61,880 nt of DNA, taken from the IMG/VR virus record IMGVR_UViG_3300023236_000004, one strand, 5' to 3'. This DNA is from an uncultured virus (IMG/VR IMGVR_UViG_3300023236_000004) (taxonomy: Duplodnaviria; Heunggongvirae; Uroviricota; Caudoviricetes). A program made the position numbers and the translations under genes. A model generated the notes under the pieces. It worked only from the letters and a program-made list of their open reading frames with translations, made no database searches and was not told the origin of the DNA. Positions 12,001 through 18,820 of the stretch are shown piece after piece. How positions within the stretch are numbered: the first letter of the stretch is position 1; each line of letters begins with the position of its first letter.

Positions 12001-12487
12001 AAACGTACACTATGCCAATGCTCGTGTAGTTGATAGCTCATTGGCACAGCAGTTACCAAACATAGCACTAGCAACAACCAACTCACTAACGGGTGAAAAG
12101 AAAGTAGCCGCAAATGTTACATGGCGTGTGTCGTTAAACAACACAATCAGTGCTAACATTGGTGATTACATAACGCAGACTGGTCCTACAGCAAATGTTA
12201 GAATACTTGAAACTGTAGCAAACGCCAATGTGGTTGCTGTAGACTTTGTTGATGGCAACCTAAGAATTGCTAATGCTAATGTTAGTATCAATGGCACTAC
12301 AACAACAGCTAATGTTTCCGCACTTAACATACTAGGTGAAGTACTTAGTACTGGTAATGTTAGTGTAACAGGCAAAACAATTAAACAGGACTACTTATGG
12401 AAGGCATACGGAACTGGTGATACACTGGATTCTAGTACCACTGAGTGGGCTGAATACATCAAAGCAGAGAGGAGTTATACTCCATGA
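2..12487 (+). CDS. Giant virion structural protein (baseplate wedge/hub-like), >4150 aa, 5'-truncated by the window
   Basis: Frame is open from base 2 (FANPSSAFGSLASATATL). It has 'ATATL..G.VT.VT...GGSGY...P.I' repeats typical of large myophage baseplate proteins, FG-GAP-like blades (FGRTVS, FGSSLAIS, FGTAIG) and a beta-propeller insert, and is followed by fibre genes. Confidence 0.8.
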   Translation, partial: FANPSSAFGSLASATATLTNGVVTAVTLASGGSGYEANPIITVTAPESGSIKTFKIKQRGNYTVLPTNPVSVTGGSGSGASFEVYLQPEYQDYITVNRSSLDRNAWSRGNRWVHIDVIEKTAGYLDQEVLLDQAQRASRPIIEFDADYQLYNSGAVAKLPVDILDTTITRAFQQVQGVVSVDTTVFTIGTLTLTTGDRVIFASDLDDNVRNKIYNFTIEKAIDDPSDVYKAYLVEADDATVVDNNTVLVLSGTNGGKQWYFNGFSWTIAQEKTANNQEPLFDVVDSKGISYSDASTFTGTTFTGSKIFSYKRGTGSNDTVLGFPLSYKNFTNQGDIEFENTFDSQTFTYLAGTNNVVTPQKVNAGYLQKNVSTTTCARDNVWEIATNFSKQFKIYDFVYDGVTNLFPIDNLPDVSTNFPHIKVYVNNKIVSVGNFATTKVVDKFAVLVNPDLITKNDAVFVAIFNKDIPVTANAHYEVPINLDINTLNKNLSTVTLGQMRNHLIELKNNSLRVVGTVPGSSNLRDIVYKNTSGSILQHSAPAVYAGLFLNHPTMDSINAIKLANREYSKFRKNFLEVAGKIELDLNNVQTSFDAVLLQMHSVKNSSFPWFRSDMIPHGDDNRSLIPTYTVLDPEITAYEITSIFNDTIPSNKSVLVYVTRTVDDVTTKTLVVKGRDYTFNTDRAAITFTSNFRLLFEDKIDIVEYSDTDGSFIPETPTKMGMYPKFIPEKYLDNTLRTPANVIQGHDGSITPAFNDFRDDLLLELERRIYNNVKVEYDTDTFNIIDYVPGKFRDTDYTRAEFTQVLSQGFLAWVGTNRVDFSTNSYFSASDPFTWNYKAFRDIVNGETLPGTWRSIYRYFYDTDRPHTHPWEMLGFSKKPDYWETRYGVSPYTGGNSTLWSDLSIGYIHSGDRQGIDLRYQRPNLSEFIPVDDNGNLRSPEQMLVTDFDGSRANISYAVGDIGPVELAWRRSSEYPYALMLALALTKPARFYGLQADVHRYKRNSFTGQFEITDTSQHLTPTSLHVNGYVDANGVTQRTAGYLNWITDYITNLGAGSAPTVIQENLAKLNVQLLNKVAGYTDKKFIELLAEQSSPSSINNSVVIPDDNYALKIYKGSPIRKITYSAVIVQRTANGYTVSGYDITSPFFTIIPSEPNNNAYQVTDGDASAVIFRDFKKQKITIPYGFEFNSSQQVTDFLVGYQRFLQSQGFLFVDNDDSLKQQKDFILSVKEFLHWTTQGWRVNNILVLSPVSDTLKVFEQTAIVDEIKNAPFGSRVLDLNFKPINKNEFSVYREDNLFTFQSNAQKSVGFAELNLVQTEHLLILDNVTEFNDVIYVPELGNRQYRLKFVGYKTDSWNGSLELPGFMFSSDSIDAWGGGTDYLKGSIVQHKNRYYTALENITADPNFQTTKWKQFDKAELQSGMLRNLASNAQLGVSFYDIDNQPANEEIQLFSDGITGFRERQYFTDLGIDVTTQSKYYQGLITQKGTPNSINALEGGIFGNLDSDIDWYENWAMRVGEYGSLDTNAFIETPLSDTAITKNPTLIQFTDNNNAAQEGTVAIIENDIFKISGTYNANVFVTEDRTQFPLLRPLPVAGFVNLADVDTTLFNLNNYDSLSASIDKIGTGYKIWVAKDFNGSWNVFRATYIDGLVFILRSRDDGSAEVVFNENHGLAVDDVVVIKNFDDRFDGAYKVGNIIDTTRFSITITRNLEALQEEAVISGSGLLYRLSSAKISNPVDIQSVMPVSGWLENDKVWVENLDNDGNWGVYNKTSPWVYNSKAELDPSKLSGNDNFGRTVSIEPNLAQLMYVGSPGSGEGRVNAFTRSVTNSWTASFALSANSTGLDSFGYKVVNAQGYVAVSAPDSSSGKGYVYIFKDGIIQQILTDAAGSASDLFGSSLAISRDANYLYIGASGANKVFCYQLNLRTAVDPVLLPVERYNLVLDANVSVAVNDTITYQSPGTTSSASGTVVFDSTRVLTNTNVVIITGNVAAFTDTDLIAINGANVAANIVSDTQSVATGTFSNVSILTSDPTEVFVYSQLRAVEYVPTIEYSVSGETITFVTPPATNDVIQVFTRGSFYTNLTTITGNASTNFGSSLATNSDGSVLTVGSDTAVVGTQGNDGLLYAYHRTITEFTTDGTSASFTAPDAFANSYRVLLNGVELTQDLDYYIIAPSTVQFPDVQTAGLTLTVETNNFVQDQIISPSLTGINGQRFGTDIQLCGTGCNLYGSAPSYFANQYSSGAVYRLVNTGRVYGNVTGTVSNATVTSGDSIVINDRPVEFTGTTITDVANDINGTGIPGVTASNALVFISNVTSGETESHWRLQITSNVQVATEKLNITSASTGTGLTDLGIEIYKHTQVVTHPNQIGEKFGTAIGISQSVGKLAISSEGADTTTPTTFDIADTVTIFDSLSTTFVKIVKDSGAVYLYDLIANPYESEDNPSIFAFSQKLTAPGVETGDDYGADIDIVNDIMVIGVTNDSDITVGGGSVYTYYNEGSKPGWELLRYKEPRVAIDAINSAFIYNKTSETIINYLDILDPVKGKLLGAVEQELDYIEEFDPASYNTTTASTGISNDSFYWTTQQIGKTWWDTSVANFIDYEQSTLLYRSINWGSLFPGSTVTIYEWVESDVLPSQYVGNGGDGVPKNADDSAYTQSTFVDPGTGIIVSKYYYWVSGKTSVDPVTANRRISTTLLEQYIRSPKDQNIPYLGLTSPSSVNLYNINDKTTGSDVILHLDTTTVENNDQLIHNEFGLVQQGTTTSAIPQRVIDKLRDSLRGEDSTGRLVPDITLKPQDRLGILSRPRQGLFLDRSAALEVFVNEANRLLALHPVLLTTTATSLYVQQPFPASYDAQVASYTDVEYLDTTGFADGYTILIPQDSRYENRWSLLEFNGTSREFDLIRSQSYKTDLWWTPSEWYDSTYIAGNAIAHTVNTYGDIQKLVLANNDYIKILDDGAGNWSTYRYETTGQLSLIAAENATVTLSSLLYDTTITLGFDTAVFDAVAFDKQAGSEIGNIFDSLYTQIFINSLATDFNKLFFTIINYVFEEQKNPDWIFKTSFIDVLHNLRSLEQLPTYSKDNQDFYKQYIDEVKPYRTQLKEFTPVYTKTDTATGSWTDFDIPARWYAEENTFRSPNIQVTSDSTYFTTDLYQPYADNYKLKVGEIIVGNIGQNYTIAPNVEITGGGGSGANATATISAADGTVTSITVTKAGSGYTTTPNVVINGTGEGATAYAMLNSEFDSQGGYNTVRSIDSTIKFDRITYTSNVAQWTANVAYEDTVVVNGNFANSYDLNRIELDGNANVAPQDTTITDVFFKPDGTKMYIAGDTSNSVYEYTLGTPWEVTTASNVAVANVNVQDTSVQGLFFREDGSRMYTVGDTSNSVYEYRLATPWFVNTAANISVVSINSQETSATSVEFSTDGTRMYVLGTANDTVFEYELSIPWLASSATYSTRSKSVASEENIPTGMRFREDGKELFVTGQQYNKIWSYTLSTAWDISTATLNNSADLNATNPTGLYMRHDGTRLFVADDVGNFVQQYDFNSNGITQIDGNLYITSGNIIFYNNTAYLATNANVSSQTVFDFTRFTEIDSGNVLLSAADRITSYYVPSFGRPGKDINQLMFGTSYPGNKISGETFTSNSFTLTSNVIGFNYTGHKITSANTQQVDFVDRGFNLNDPIKIEGMYETFNFENNATFRVVSVSRDEMMLSGQPIESIVTLSLGESISANEGDYITQTNSTANARVLNNYTSVKEIAVIQEKQGFLELDANVVRVNGVATTANVMDVLGSGTANVKISNLYIDDLLDSNIASFYTDTALGTRPEDINIAGGFYLDAYNSHAPEELVPGRMYDTLEMRVFTNTASNTASYGFRVFEPMDRDRSYYRISANSTTTLTANLALDDVNIFVDNAALLPDPGTGVGGSPGEVFINGELIYYYQKYDDAKMLSADVWTANTEFATDSLITYSSNVFLVLGNVFANANAYINTSNVKQVFANTISQLRRGVDGTGANVHYANARVVDSSLAQQLPNIALATTNSLTGEKKVAANVTWRVSLNNTISANIGDYITQTGPTANVRILETVANANVVAVDFVDGNLRIANANVSINGTTTTANVSALNILGEVLSTGNVSVTGKTIKQDYLWKAYGTGDTLDSSTTEWAEYIKAERSYTP
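9890..10610 (+). repeat. Five tandem beta-propeller blade repeats inside the giant protein
   Basis: Repeated unit 'F..DG.(K/R)MY..G...(N/D)SV(Y/F)EY.L..PW...(T/S)A': FKPDGTKMY, FREDGSRMY, FSTDGTRMY, FREDGKELF, MRHDGTRLF. Confidence 0.85.
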
Positions 12488-12498
12488 TTAAACCCCAG

Positions 12499-12505
12499 AT
12501 AAATA
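12499..12505 (+). promoter_or_regulatory. T4-type late promoter-like motif ATAAATA
   Basis: Matches the core of the T4 late consensus TATAAATA, just upstream of the ATG at 12529; the motif recurs before other genes. Confidence 0.55.
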
Positions 12506-12528
12506 CTCTAGACACGGAAGAAAATAAT

Positions 12529-13191
12529 ATGCAAACCTTACCTGAAAATTCAGAACTTGAACCAAAACCAGACGAGCACGGTGGTTTACACGTTCAAGGA
12601 CACATTAAGATTTTTGACCCAGAGTCTGGGGAAATCTTTATTAACAAGCGAAATGCTATTCACTATGAAAACATCAGTGAAGCAATCGCATACAACCTTG
12701 CAAATAAACAACAAGGTTACATTTACGAAATGCATTTTGGTAACGGAGGTACTAGTGTTGATCCAACAGGGGTCATCAACTATTTGCCAAGCAATACCAA
12801 TACCAGCAACAGTAATTTGTACAACCCAACTTTTGCTAAGATTGTAGACAACACCAGTACACTTAACACTGATCCTACACGCAACAAGATGGAAATTAGA
12901 CACACACCAGGCAAGGTATTTACAGACATAGTAGTAAGTTGCTTGCTTGATTATGGCGAACCAACAGGACAAAGCGCATTTGACAATTCAACTACCCTTG
13001 ACGACACATACACATTCGACGAGCTTGGACTTAAAGCAAGAAGCACAGATGGTACAAGTGGATTAGCAACAACAGGCAAGTTGTTAACACATGTAGTATT
13101 CCACCCTGTGCAAAAGTCACTCAACAGATTGATACAGATTGACTACACAGTTAGAATACAAACACTGACCAACTTGACAAGTCAGGGGTAA
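12529..13191 (+). CDS. Putative baseplate/tail structural protein
   Basis: ORF track starts at 12484; the ATG at 12529 follows the late motif and GGAAG. The 'GHIKIFD...INKRNAIH...FGNGG...FDELGL...LLTHVVFHPVQKSLNR.IQIDYTVRI' pattern resembles myophage baseplate proteins. Confidence 0.65.
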   Translation: MQTLPENSELEPKPDEHGGLHVQGHIKIFDPESGEIFINKRNAIHYENISEAIAYNLANKQQGYIYEMHFGNGGTSVDPTGVINYLPSNTNTSNSNLYNPTFAKIVDNTSTLNTDPTRNKMEIRHTPGKVFTDIVVSCLLDYGEPTGQSAFDNSTTLDDTYTFDELGLKARSTDGTSGLATTGKLLTHVVFHPVQKSLNRLIQIDYTVRIQTLTNLTSQG

Positions 13192-13197
13192 TAAACA

Positions 13198-14319
13198 ATG
13201 GCATATAATGTAAATAAAACAGATGGAACAACAATAGTAGTACTTGATGGTACTAAGGATACCACCAGTACTAGTATTACGCTTTTTGGACGTCTAGTTC
13301 AAAACTACGGTGATGCTACTAACGAAAATTTTGTACACATACTGGAAAACTTTGCATTAAGTACCAGTCCACCTAATCCTATTACAGGACAACTGTGGTT
13401 CGACACTAGTACCAACAACCTAAACAGTTATAATGGTACGACCTGGTTTAAAGTAGGCTCAAACATTTCAGGTAATGTAGACATAGCCGGCAACTTAACT
13501 GTTGGTGGTGGTGGCAACGTAGAAATAAAAGAAGTTGCCGGACTTGTAAACGTAACAAATACAAACAATAATGGCAATATTGCAGTATTTGCTAATGTTG
13601 CGGGCACAAGCACTAATGTTTTAAACATCCAAGGCAACACAGGACTAGCAACAGTATCTGCTAATGCTACGAGCAACATGGGTGTTACTACTAAGATATA
13701 TGTAGACAGCGTGGATGCGCAAAACAGGTATGATGCTGGTGTAGCAATGACTGCTAATGTAGCAACCATAAATGCCAATCTTGCAGTTAGAACTGACGCA
13801 GAGTCAGCACTAAGAGCAAACGTAACAGCGGCTAATGTTGAAATAGACACTACGCAGGCCAATATAGGTTCGTACCAAGCATTTTCCAACACAAGAGCAC
13901 AAACTACAAGTGCAAACTTAGGTACAGTAGTAGGGACAACTGTACCTGGTATAAATGCCAATGTTGGTGCATTCCAAACTTATGCAAACACCAGTATTAC
14001 AACAATCAACAACAACGTCACTGGTGCAAATACTAGCATCAGTACACTGAGCGGAAGACTTGACAGCGTTAACCTAGCACAAACTGCCGCACTTAGTGCA
14101 AATGTTAACCTAAAAGCAGACACAGCAGGTCCAACATTCACAGGAACTCCTGTTGCACCAACAGCAACATTTGGTGCCAATACCACACAGGTTGCCACAA
14201 CACAATATGTAATGACACGTGGTGTATTTTGGGACGGTAGTAGAAAGTTTGTAAGCACAGCAGATCCAACCGTTAGTGATGGTGCCGACGGAGACATTTG
14301 GTTTAAGTATACCCCATGA
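13198..14319 (+). CDS. Tail fibre-like protein
   Basis: N-terminal domain (MAYNVNKTDG...ENFA...P..GQLWFDT) is paralogous to 15829..17484. It also has a 'GPTFTGTPVAPTA..GANTTQVATTQYV' fibre motif and ends in 'DGDIWFKY'. Confidence 0.75.
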   Translation: MAYNVNKTDGTTIVVLDGTKDTTSTSITLFGRLVQNYGDATNENFVHILENFALSTSPPNPITGQLWFDTSTNNLNSYNGTTWFKVGSNISGNVDIAGNLTVGGGGNVEIKEVAGLVNVTNTNNNGNIAVFANVAGTSTNVLNIQGNTGLATVSANATSNMGVTTKIYVDSVDAQNRYDAGVAMTANVATINANLAVRTDAESALRANVTAANVEIDTTQANIGSYQAFSNTRAQTTSANLGTVVGTTVPGINANVGAFQTYANTSITTINNNVTGANTSISTLSGRLDSVNLAQTAALSANVNLKADTAGPTFTGTPVAPTATFGANTTQVATTQYVMTRGVFWDGSRKFVSTADPTVSDGADGDIWFKYTP

Positions 14320-15779
14320 GTACTAGGTTAACTGTTAAAGAATTTGTAGTTGATCCTTCCCCCCAAGGCCGTACTAATCTGGTATTACGAAGTGATGCTT
14401 CTTGGCCCACATTTTTAAACAACAATGCAGTATGGCGTGACTATAGTAACACGACAGTAACATATACAATTTCAAGATACTACATACCAAATACATCCGG
14501 GACACACACATTACAAGCATCATGCGATGACAGTTTTTCGTGGGCAATCACTGGCGGGACTTTTACTGGTGAACAAGTTCTAGCAGGTAGCAATCCACAA
14601 AGTACATCTTCAGACACAGTAACATTTGTTGCAGGCACACAGTATTTGCTTAGTTGGCAAGTAACTAATACCAGTGGAGCGGCCGGACTTGCCGCAACAG
14701 TGACAGCACCTGTAGGCGGAAACAATTTTAACCTTAAAGATAACTTAACTGTTACGGCGATTCCCAGTGGAAGATATCAGGCCGTCCTTCCGTATGCGGC
14801 AACTATTACAGCCCACATATGGGGTGGTGCCGGTGGAGGCGGCGGCAATGATGCTTCTGTTAGCGGTGGTGTTGGGTCACCGGGACTGTACAATACATTA
14901 ACCTTTACGACAACATCAGGTGATACACTAGAAGTAGTAGTTGGCGAAGGCGGTAAAGGCGGTCCTGGCAATCAGCCGAGAGGTCAGAGTCCTGGCGGCG
15001 CCGCCGGCGATGCTAGAACAAACATAAGCAGTAATTCTACACTATCACTCAACGGTGGCACAGGTGGAAGGTCAGGCTTTAATGGAGCATCAGGAACCGG
15101 AGGTGGCGGTGGGGGAGCCTCGGTTGTGCTTCTCAACAATACTCCTATATTAATAGCCGGAGGTGGTGGTGGAGGTGGCGGCGCAGGGTTGTTTCCAGCA
15201 ACCGACCCTAATGCATCAATTGGTAACAATGTTATAGGTGCAACACCATCAGACTATAGGGGAATGAACGGCCAAGATAAAGGTGTTCCCGATGGTGGCG
15301 GTGGTGGCGCAGGTGGTGGTGGATACCCTGGTGGCACAGGCGGTAGCGGTAACACACTTACCTTCTCTCGTCCCAGTCGCGAGGGCCCTATTCCCACTGG
15401 CAGTATTCCGGATGTGCCAGCCAACCCTGGTAAAACAGGAGGCAACTTACCAGCCAACAGTGCATCAACCGGTGTTGGTACATTGTATTACAAATCAGGA
15501 TTTGCAGGCGGAGGTGCTCGCGGGGGCGGCAACGGACAAAATGGATTGATAGTTTTAGAAATAGCACCAGTAGGCTTGTTCTCTACTAGAGTAAGTGGAA
15601 ATTGGAAACAGGTCACAGACGCCTTTGTTAAAGTAAGTGGTGCATGGAAAAGTATTAACGACGTGCAAGTAAAGGTTGACGGCACATGGAGAAAAGTAGA
15701 AGATGCTGGCCAAACGCAAGGCGCATTGGCAGCAGTAAGCGGTGAATATGGCACTGTTGTGAGAGCGTACAGTTCTTAG
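14316..15779 (+). CDS. Glycine-rich fibre/receptor-binding-like protein with PA14-like N-terminal domain
   Basis: Long GGGG tracts, N-terminal 'SCDDS...W.VTNTSGAAGLAA', and C-terminal 'V.G.W(K/R)' repeats. Confidence 0.65.
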   Translation: MSTRLTVKEFVVDPSPQGRTNLVLRSDASWPTFLNNNAVWRDYSNTTVTYTISRYYIPNTSGTHTLQASCDDSFSWAITGGTFTGEQVLAGSNPQSTSSDTVTFVAGTQYLLSWQVTNTSGAAGLAATVTAPVGGNNFNLKDNLTVTAIPSGRYQAVLPYAATITAHIWGGAGGGGGNDASVSGGVGSPGLYNTLTFTTTSGDTLEVVVGEGGKGGPGNQPRGQSPGGAAGDARTNISSNSTLSLNGGTGGRSGFNGASGTGGGGGGASVVLLNNTPILIAGGGGGGGGAGLFPATDPNASIGNNVIGATPSDYRGMNGQDKGVPDGGGGGAGGGGYPGGTGGSGNTLTFSRPSREGPIPTGSIPDVPANPGKTGGNLPANSASTGVGTLYYKSGFAGGGARGGGNGQNGLIVLEIAPVGLFSTRVSGNWKQVTDAFVKVSGAWKSINDVQVKVDGTWRKVEDAGQTQGALAAVSGEYGTVVRAYSS

Positions 15780-15799
15780 CACCACAGTTTTAAATACGC

Positions 15800-15806
15800 A
15801 TAAATA
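15800..15806 (+). promoter_or_regulatory. Late promoter-like motif ATAAATA
   Basis: Intergenic, upstream of a GAGGA RBS and the ATG at 15829. Confidence 0.6.
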
Positions 15807-15828
15807 ATAAAGTTGAGGAAAACTTAAA

Positions 15829-17484
15829 ATGGCATACAATATTACACAAACCAACGGTACAGAGCTGATATCAGGAGGCTTAGCCGATGGAACTATCGAC
15901 ACTACAACTACCAGTTTAACACTTGTTGGTAAAAACTACCCAGGATATGGCACGTTCTTAAATCAGAATGTTGTACGTATAGTAGAAAACTTTGCTAACG
16001 GATCTGCACCGACTGGCCCATTGCCAGGACAACTATGGTGGGACACCGGAACTAAGTTAATGCAAATTAACACAGCAACCACAAAAGGTGCCGCAAGTCA
16101 AGCATTTAAACCACTAGCAACAATGTCTAGCGGTGCAAGCGCACCAAATAGTCCGGTAGTTGGCGAACAGTGGTGGGATACTAGTACTCTTCAACTAAAA
16201 GTTTATAACGGAACCAGCTTTACTACAGTAGGTCCAGCGGCAACAAGCTCAACAGGTAACTCGGGTGCTATACCAGATACTATTGTTGCAGTAAGCCCTA
16301 GTGCAACTTATGTTGTTGTAAAAATTTATGTCGATAACACACTAGTTGCTATTTGGAGTAAGGAATCAGACTTTACAACAGCAGTTGCAGGTTTTGCAAC
16401 TATTAAGCCTGGATTGAACTTATCAACAGCAATTGCAAACAATGCATTCCAAGGCAACGCAAGCTCGACTTTGGGTATATTTAGAACAGGCGATAGTTCA
16501 GCTACTAGTGTTGATAACATTATACTAAACGGTGGTGTTGGAGCACAAACAATTAATGGTGCAGTATCATTAACAAACGATTCCGGCCTAACAGTTGGCG
16601 CAGGAAGCGACGGACAAATTTTAATTACATCTGATCAATTGCATGTCAAAGGACTTACAAACAACAAAGATGTAATATTCAGTTTAAACAAAGGAAGTGT
16701 TGATACTAACTTCTTTAAAGGTAATGCAACATCAGGACTTGCAGAAGTTTATGCAAATCCAACAGCCGCAAGCAGTGGATTTAGTATAGCAACCAAGAAT
16801 TATGTTGACACAAGATTAGGTGGTGGTGTTGGAACAACTACATTTACAGCAAATGTAAACCCGTCCGCAAATGTTACATATACTTTAGGTAACATAACTA
16901 ACCGTTGGAGTAATGTAATTAGCCAAACCAGCTTTACAGGCAACCTGTTTAGTGCTAATGTAGCCACTACAAGAGCTAACGTAACAGACATTTACATTGC
17001 CAATTCAGTATTCCCAACTGTGGGTAATACTGTTAACCTGGGAAGTAACGGTATGCGATTTAATACTATTTTTGGTGTTTCGCTACAAGCACAATATGCT
17101 GACTTGGCAGAGCGTTTTGCTAGTGATTCAGCATACCCAGCAGGCACAGTTGTTGCACTAGGTGGTGTAGAAGAAATTACAGCGGCGTCAGATGCATTAA
17201 GTGAAGATGTATTTGGCGTTATTAGTACAAAGGCAGCATACTTAATGAACAGTGGGGCTGGTGGTGATGCAACACATCCACCAGTTGCAGTAAACGGGCG
17301 TGTACCAGTTCGAGTAATTGGCCCAATCAAGAAAGGGCAACGATTAGTTGCCGCAGGAAACGGATTAGCTCGTGCAGGAACAAAGAGTGAAGTTACTGCA
17401 TTTAATGTGATCGGAAGATCATTAGAAAATAAATTAGATGATGGCGCAGGAGTAGTTGAGGCCATTGTGAAACTAAATAGTTAA
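15829..17484 (+). CDS. Tail fibre with C-terminal intramolecular chaperone (peptidase G2/IMC-like) domain
   Basis: C-terminal 'AQYADLAERF...GTVV..GG..EIT...FGVIST..AYLMN...PVAVNGRVPVRV.GPIKKG.RLV...IGRSLE'; two GQ/EQ-WWDT repeats near the N-terminus. Confidence 0.8.
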   Translation: MAYNITQTNGTELISGGLADGTIDTTTTSLTLVGKNYPGYGTFLNQNVVRIVENFANGSAPTGPLPGQLWWDTGTKLMQINTATTKGAASQAFKPLATMSSGASAPNSPVVGEQWWDTSTLQLKVYNGTSFTTVGPAATSSTGNSGAIPDTIVAVSPSATYVVVKIYVDNTLVAIWSKESDFTTAVAGFATIKPGLNLSTAIANNAFQGNASSTLGIFRTGDSSATSVDNIILNGGVGAQTINGAVSLTNDSGLTVGAGSDGQILITSDQLHVKGLTNNKDVIFSLNKGSVDTNFFKGNATSGLAEVYANPTAASSGFSIATKNYVDTRLGGGVGTTTFTANVNPSANVTYTLGNITNRWSNVISQTSFTGNLFSANVATTRANVTDIYIANSVFPTVGNTVNLGSNGMRFNTIFGVSLQAQYADLAERFASDSAYPAGTVVALGGVEEITAASDALSEDVFGVISTKAAYLMNSGAGGDATHPPVAVNGRVPVRVIGPIKKGQRLVAAGNGLARAGTKSEVTAFNVIGRSLENKLDDGAGVVEAIVKLNS

Positions 17485-17487
17485 ATA
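17482..17487 (+). promoter_or_regulatory. Late promoter-like motif TAAATA
   Basis: Overlaps the stop of the upstream gene and precedes an AAGGA RBS and the ATG at 17505. Confidence 0.4.
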
Positions 17488-17504
17488 GCATAAGGAAGTA
17501 GAAC

Positions 17505-18434
17505 ATGGCATACGAATCCGGTGGGATCATATCAGCAGCCGATTATAACACTCTCATTAATGGGGGAAACAAACTTAACACAACTTGGTCTGTTGGAACC
17601 GGCGATGCAGGCTACGGACAAACAGCAATAACCACTAAAAGTGCCGGTGACACAGTCAGCGCCACTGAGTGGGCTAGTGTAATCAACAAACTGAACATTG
17701 TGCGTACACATCAGACTGGTGTAGGCACAGGTGTTGTTGCGGTTGTGACAGGTGACATTGTTGCATACCAACTTGGTGTTGATGACGGCGTTGACCTAGC
17801 ATACACGAATCGTTTGGTTTTTAACGCACAAGGCTCAACCACAACAGATTCAGGTACAACACACAATCCAGTTGATGCTGACGGTATCGCAACATTTACA
17901 TTTACCCGCACAGCAACATTTGCTAGTGCAGACCAAGCACGTTACTTTTTTAACGCAGGCGGCGAACTTAATTTAGATTTAACGGCAGGTGCGAACACAG
18001 GTGGTACAGGACGTGGCGCACAAGCACTATCAATGGTAACAGCAGTTGGGGGTGTTGCAGATTTTAGAGCAACCACTAACAACGGACGTACAGGCACAGG
18101 CGAAACTGAGACCACAAACAATCTAACCATTGGTTATTATGATTTAACAACCAGTAACCAAGTAATTTCAAGAGTCGACGAGTCAGGTGCGGCATACACT
18201 CCATACACATCAGACTTCTGTCAAGTTGCTGTTAAGTCAAATGGTACACAAGGCGCAAATGGTGACGTAGGCACAATTATTACTTGGACAATAACACTTG
18301 AGGCCGCGGCTACTGGCGCTGGCGGCAGTTTCAATGACAACATTGATGTACAGTTTGTTAGTAAAGTAAACGTAACAGCACCAGAGACAGCATCAGGTTT
18401 GTCTGCTGTCTGGGGCTCAGTAACTATTGGTTAA
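17505..18434 (+). CDS. Virion structural protein (fibre/baseplate-associated)
   Basis: Thr/Gly/Ala-rich with 'I.AADYN', 'GDAGYGQ' and 'F.S...ARYFFNAGG' motifs; last gene of the structural block. Confidence 0.65.
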   Translation: MAYESGGIISAADYNTLINGGNKLNTTWSVGTGDAGYGQTAITTKSAGDTVSATEWASVINKLNIVRTHQTGVGTGVVAVVTGDIVAYQLGVDDGVDLAYTNRLVFNAQGSTTTDSGTTHNPVDADGIATFTFTRTATFASADQARYFFNAGGELNLDLTAGANTGGTGRGAQALSMVTAVGGVADFRATTNNGRTGTGETETTNNLTIGYYDLTTSNQVISRVDESGAAYTPYTSDFCQVAVKSNGTQGANGDVGTIITWTITLEAAATGAGGSFNDNIDVQFVSKVNVTAPETASGLSAVWGSVTIG

Positions 18435-18447
18435 TAGTTAATTGTAG

Positions 18448-18476
18448 TTGACAACAGAATGGATAGGCAGTATAAT
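18448..18476 (+). promoter_or_regulatory. Perfect sigma70 promoter TTGACA-N17-TATAAT heading the modification locus
   Basis: TTGACA at 18448-18453, TATAAT at 18471-18476, 17-nt spacer. Confidence 0.8.
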
Positions 18477-18495
18477 ATGCTTATCCATTCTTTTT
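18456..18495 (+). terminator. Rho-independent terminator after the structural block
   Basis: 14-bp stem AGAATGGATAGGCA / TGCTTATCCATTCT (one G-U pair), 8-nt loop GTATAATA, followed by a T run. Confidence 0.75.
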
Positions 18496-18505
18496 ATATA
18501 ATACC

Positions 18506-18820
18506 ATGACAGAATTAGACAACATAGTTGCAGAAATCAAGCAGGCCACGGACTATCAAGCCAACAGACGCACACTAAGAGAACACATTCAAACAGAGTT
18601 GCACATGACATACGGTAATGGGTTGTTTAAGATCACGCCTGACCTGATATCATTCGTGGCAACGTGGAACAGTGACGAACTGTATTTAGAAGACACATAT
18701 GAGAATCCAATCAAAGTAGACAGAACAGAATTCTTAGAATTAGCTCAACAACGATATCAAGCGGTAATGAATGACTGGCATCAACAATATAATGAACTCA
18801 GACGACTCCGCAGAGTCTAA
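18506..18820 (+). CDS. Hypothetical protein (104 aa)
   Basis: First ORF after the sigma70 promoter; overlaps the next gene. Confidence 0.65.
   Translation: MTELDNIVAEIKQATDYQANRRTLREHIQTELHMTYGNGLFKITPDLISFVATWNSDELYLEDTYENPIKVDRTEFLELAQQRYQAVMNDWHQQYNELRRLRRV

Noticed and set aside
14820..15540. GC-rich GGN runs as a DNA repeat or mobile element
   Set aside because: Fully explained by poly-Gly coding.
685..18130. Numerous minus-strand ORFs of 60-180 aa opposite the structural genes
   Set aside because: They are antisense shadows of strongly biased coding sequence, with no RBS or recognisable motifs.
13198..18434. Diversity-generating retroelement targeting the fibres
   Set aside because: No reverse transcriptase and no template/variable repeat pair was seen in the window.
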